The translations under genes were made by a program, and so were the position numbers. From Octopus sinensis (Eukaryota), in the NCBI RefSeq assembly GCF_006345805.1, contig NW_021832357.1:1-31076 (forward strand): a stretch of 31,076 bases of DNA. The letters are read 5' to 3'. The notes beneath the pieces are model-generated. The model worked only from the letters and a program-made list of their open reading frames with translations, did no database searches and had not been told where the DNA came from. Numbering within the stretch: position 1 is the first letter of the stretch; the number at the start of each line of letters is the position of its first letter. Positions 26,653-31,076 of the stretch are shown here, piece by piece.

Positions 26653-26943
26653 AATATGCTTCAACAGACGAACTCATATAAAGAATCTTGCAAACCAAAT
26701 CCAAAAACGGAAAATATGCTGTTTTTTTTTTTATAGTCATTCATTAAATGGCCACAATGCTATAGATGTCTATGGTCGTTGGAGATAAAACAAAAATCAT
26801 TAAGGATAATAGCAAACTTTAAACAGTGTGGCATTTAATAAACAAAAGTGAAATTTAATATTCATTATTAGTTTATAGCATTATTTGTGAACTTCAGCGT
26901 CTTTGGTTAAATATTTCCGATGGACAAATAACGGGTTCATTGC

Positions 26944-27738
<795 letters not shown>

Positions 27739-28167
27739 GTATATGTATGTTTCTATTTATGCCTTTAAATAATTATAAGATTATTAGCTTTTTCCAAAGA
27801 GAAACCGAATTTTTAAACCAGCGCAACAACCATTTGCTGCAGGTACTCACGACTTTAGTACTCTGTGTGGTTGACCTTGGCTTTCAGACTTATAAGAGCA
27901 ACAATACGACATGTCTCTTAGTCATCTGTCTACACATGCCACAGTGAACTTATTTTCAGTGCACTTGACGAACGATTGTTGCAAGTTGAACAATGACTGA
28001 TTTAGAATAAGAACGTGTTTGCGTGTAAGTTTGTTTCAAATTGAGAAAAACTTTTACGGAGAAACAGGTATGAGAGCAGAGTTGTTTTCAGCTGCACACG
28101 ATGTCGCCAACACTGGTCTATCCACTTCATCAACCTCAAAACTTTCGTAAATATAATAAGGTAACAG

Positions 28168-28418
28168 TAAAGATCCTTCCCTAGTCATACAGACTCATAA
28201 GGGTAGTTTTCCCGGTTTCCATGACGTATATATTCCCCTACCTGGACGGAACGCCCGTCCGTCGCAGGATTACTCATTTTTGCCAGCTGAGTGGACTGGA
28301 GCAATGTGAAATGAAGTGTTTTGCTCAAGAACACAACGCGTTGTCTGGTCCTGGAATCGAAACCACAATCTTACGATCGTGAGTCCAACACCCTAATCAC
28401 TAAGCCACGTGCCTCCAC
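28168..28418 (-). mobile_element. tRNA-derived SINE with CORE-like plus V-like segments
   Basis: A box TGGCTTAGTGATTAG, B box GGTTTCGATTCC, then TTGTGTTCTTGAGCAAAACACTT and CCTGCGACGGACGGGCGTTCCGTCCAGG. Confidence 0.8.
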
Positions 28419-28419
28419 A

Positions 28420-29070
28420 TCGTGAATATAATTCTTAACAATTGTGGCATAATGCCAAGGAGTGTAATCTTGTTGAAACGCGAAAGTGATTATTACTTAA
28501 TATGCAGCTAGCCGATAAATCGGTTATGTAAAAAATGACCGACATCCATAAATCTTAGATTTGTCATACCCATCCAGACATTAACCTTAGATGTGACCCT
28601 TTCCAAATGTTGAGCAAGGTTCTGTGAACGTTCATCTGTCCAAATACGGCAGTTGTGGTGATTTACTCTTTAACACATATAGAATATTATTTAATCACGG
28701 AAATGTTTTCCTTAAAGTTTTTACTGTGAATGCATTCTCCAAAACAGTACGCGCTACACCTGTTGCAGGAAATCTCATGATAAATTTGCAAATGATAACA
28801 CTCTTTAAGCAAATACATTTCCAGAATTTTGAAAATGTGAGTCTCTGTGTTGCTGAAGGAAACAGATATTCATGGATCCTCATTGAGAATTGGATTCACT
28901 CACTACAATCACGTTTATCTTCTGACATATGTAGCCATCCGTATTTTTTATCGTGCACAGAGCCCATGTGTTTAAATGGGTTCATTAGCTTATGTATTGT
29001 CTTCCCTGTCGAGCCTACTTTACTGAATCGCCTTTTAAACTTATTTCTCATGTCTGCCAGATTACTACTA
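28420..29070 (-). pseudogene. Decayed Tc1/mariner-superfamily transposase, DUF4817-HTH (rosa/DD41D-like) type
   Basis: MRNKFKRRF..TIHKLMNPFKHMGSVHDK, YHLQIYHEI, NHHNCRIWTDE..KVNVWMG and FQQDYTPWHYATIV are colinear across frameshifts. The third catalytic residue is not visible because a SINE follows. Confidence 0.7.
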
Positions 29071-29217
29071 ATACACACTTACCCTGCATTTAAAATGTAG
29101 GTCACAAAATTAAATACACAAGCGCGCGCTCACGGATAGATAGATAGATAGATAGATAGGAACAGATATATATATTAGCGGTATTCTTCTTGAGAAAGCA
29201 TCTCGTAAAGACGTTTA

Positions 29218-29520
29218 ATGCTTAAAGACCCAGAAGTATCAGTGACAGACGAAAATTGTTCAGTATCGGTGATGGAACTGCTAGATCACACGATTTCAGC
29301 GTATTTGATCTTCATCAGCAGAATGTTTCAACTAGCATCGCATATTGGCCGGAGCTCGCTTCCACTGATGTATAGAAAAACAATGACTAATCAGGCAGCA
29401 GCATTAGTTCCGGTGATAGTGGCTACTTGCTGATGATTTGCAAACATGCTAACATCGATGCTGAACAATTTTCACTTGTCACTGATATGTCTGTGCCTTT
29501 AAGCACTAACCCTCTATGTG
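29218..29520 (+). pseudogene. Possible Transib/RAG1-like transposase relic (tentative)
   Basis: VSVTDENCSVSVMELLDHT resembles the Transib-type ITExxAxVxLQxLLDHT. A later frame gives SGDSG...SVPL, loosely like GxDGS...VPL. Confidence 0.3.
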
Positions 29521-29578
29521 ACGCAGTATAATGGCATTCTTATAATAAATTTAAGTTTAGGAGGTTATAAAGATTTCG

Positions 29579-29616
<38 letters not shown>

Positions 29617-29621
<5 letters not shown>

Positions 29622-29817
29622 TTAATCCAAACATTAAAGCACAAAAAAACACAACACGCGAGGACGTGGAACAAATATAGTATTATGGACCGCTCAGGAA
29701 AGAAGGAAAGAAGGAGGGTTAAACGTTTCGAGCGGAGCTCTTCGTCGGAAACATAGGAGAAGGAAAGATCCAGAGAAGGGAAGACAGAGAAAAAAACGCC
29801 AACGGTACACACTCGGT
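29617..29817 (-). mobile_element. ~200-bp pyrimidine-rich (minus strand) element between (TA)n arrays, Penelope pLTR- or retrozyme-like
   Basis: TA arrays at 29579-29616 and 29818-30085 flank a discrete unit carrying a hammerhead-like motif. Confidence 0.65.
29718..29752 (-). ncRNA. Minimal type-I hammerhead-like motif (variant core CCGACGA)
   Basis: The minus strand reads GTTT-CCGACGA-A-GAGC tcc GCTC-GAA-ACGT-T-TAAC. Stem II is a perfect 4 bp, stem III is the palindrome ACGT, and stem I is 3/4 bp. Confidence 0.55.
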
Positions 29818-29823
29818 CATATA

Positions 29824-29888
<65 letters not shown>

Positions 29889-30499
29889 ATATAGATATAT
29901 ACATAGACATATACATATATATACTATACATAATATATATAATATATATATCTATATATATATATAAAATAGATATACATACATATACATATATATATAT
30001 ATAACATATATATATATATATATATAGTATATATATATATATATATTATATATATATATATATTATATATATATATATAATATATATTTCTGTGGCCATC
30101 GTATCTCGACCACATGTGTCCCCGCTACCGAACGGTAATAATTTCTACGCCAGCTATGTTGTTGTTGTTTTTGTCTCATTGGTCTAAAAGTCGTATGACA
30201 ACCACCGTATATATAATTATTTGTTTTATTCATTACTGTTTTCAATTTCGTTTTTCGTCTCTTGTCTTTACATCCGTCTTGTGCGTTCACATTCTGTCTT
30301 CTACCAAGAAATCTAATGCTTACAGCTTAGTTTTTTTTTTTTTCTTGGGGCTGGCCGAGTTGGAGCAAATATCAGAATGGAACAGCCGAAATTTGCTATG
30401 ATGATTCGGTGTCCTGACGAAGAATTGAAGCTTCGAATGATTTGTCTGTGTTCCGTGTTCGCCCTTCCTGTATTTCCCGTTCATTATATATAAAACATT

Positions 30500-30543
30500 C
30501 ATTTATATATAATATATATATATATTATATATATATTATATAT

Positions 30544-30600
<57 letters not shown>

Positions 30601-30619
30601 GATATCTATAGGTATATAT

Positions 30620-30650
<31 letters not shown>

Positions 30651-30690
30651 GAATATGTATGTACATATGTGTGTGTGTCTGTCTGTCTGT
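30500..30690. repeat. (TA)n-rich microsatellite
   Basis: Directly visible. Confidence 0.95.
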
Positions 30691-31076
30691 ATAATAGACT
30701 AGTTAAAATAATGTTATTACATATAATTCTTTTATTATAGACAAATTTGGTATGCAATTATTTCCACCAGTCATTATGATAGGTTTACTCAGTTGATCTA
30801 TTGAGCAATTGAGGAAAATTCAAAGACCTAAGACCTATTTACCCTTTTTACAGTACAACAGCAGTCCAAAGGCTGAACTCAGGAAAAGAATAGGAGAATA
30901 CCGTTTGTGAATGTTTTCAGGGCTAAAATTCCTTCTTCAAATGAGATTATCGTTCCTGGAAATTAGATGTGTATAAACAAAGTACATACTTGCTAAGTAA
31001 CTTAAGTCAGATAAATACTCCCAAAATCAGGAAAAAGTCGTGTAGTGTAATAGTTTTTGCTGCAAAATCGAATAAT

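Noticed and set aside
29300-29440. CTGATGA matches at ~29312 (-) and ~29430 (+)
   Set aside because: No stem II/GAAA context. These are chance heptamers.
30904-30957. 54-nt minus-strand exon candidate (TIISFEEGILALKTFTN)
   Set aside because: The donor (GTATTC) is weak, no homology is recognised, and it conflicts with an overlapping + strand candidate.

Overview
Repeat-saturated, AT-rich eukaryotic DNA. The SINE families and microsatellite load look like an octopus (coleoid cephalopod) genome; this is inferred from remembered repeat consensi, not from a search. There is no intact recognisable cellular gene, rRNA, true tRNA or CRISPR array, and most ORFs in the supplied track are microsatellite artefacts. 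The window holds: a full-length but dead Tc1-like transposon with DD36E spacing (171-1399); a Helitron deletion derivative (5939-~7192); a Tc1-type MITE with an internal perfect 40-bp palindrome (7473-7816); several R4/Dong-like RT-RLE LINE copies at triplet microsatellites, including one whose 2.27-kb frame has only two nonsense codons (23688-25958); relics of Penelope-like, RTE, CR1/L2, L1, rosa-like and possibly Transib elements; and about a dozen tRNA-derived SINE copies or fragments. The main unannotated signal is a set of four (possibly five) minimal type-I hammerhead-ribozyme-like motifs from unrelated short elements. Their cores vary, including a U3-A8 covariant core inside a ~110-bp inverted repeat. 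A few phase-compatible + strand exon candidates suggest the window may lie in the introns of an unidentified host gene.
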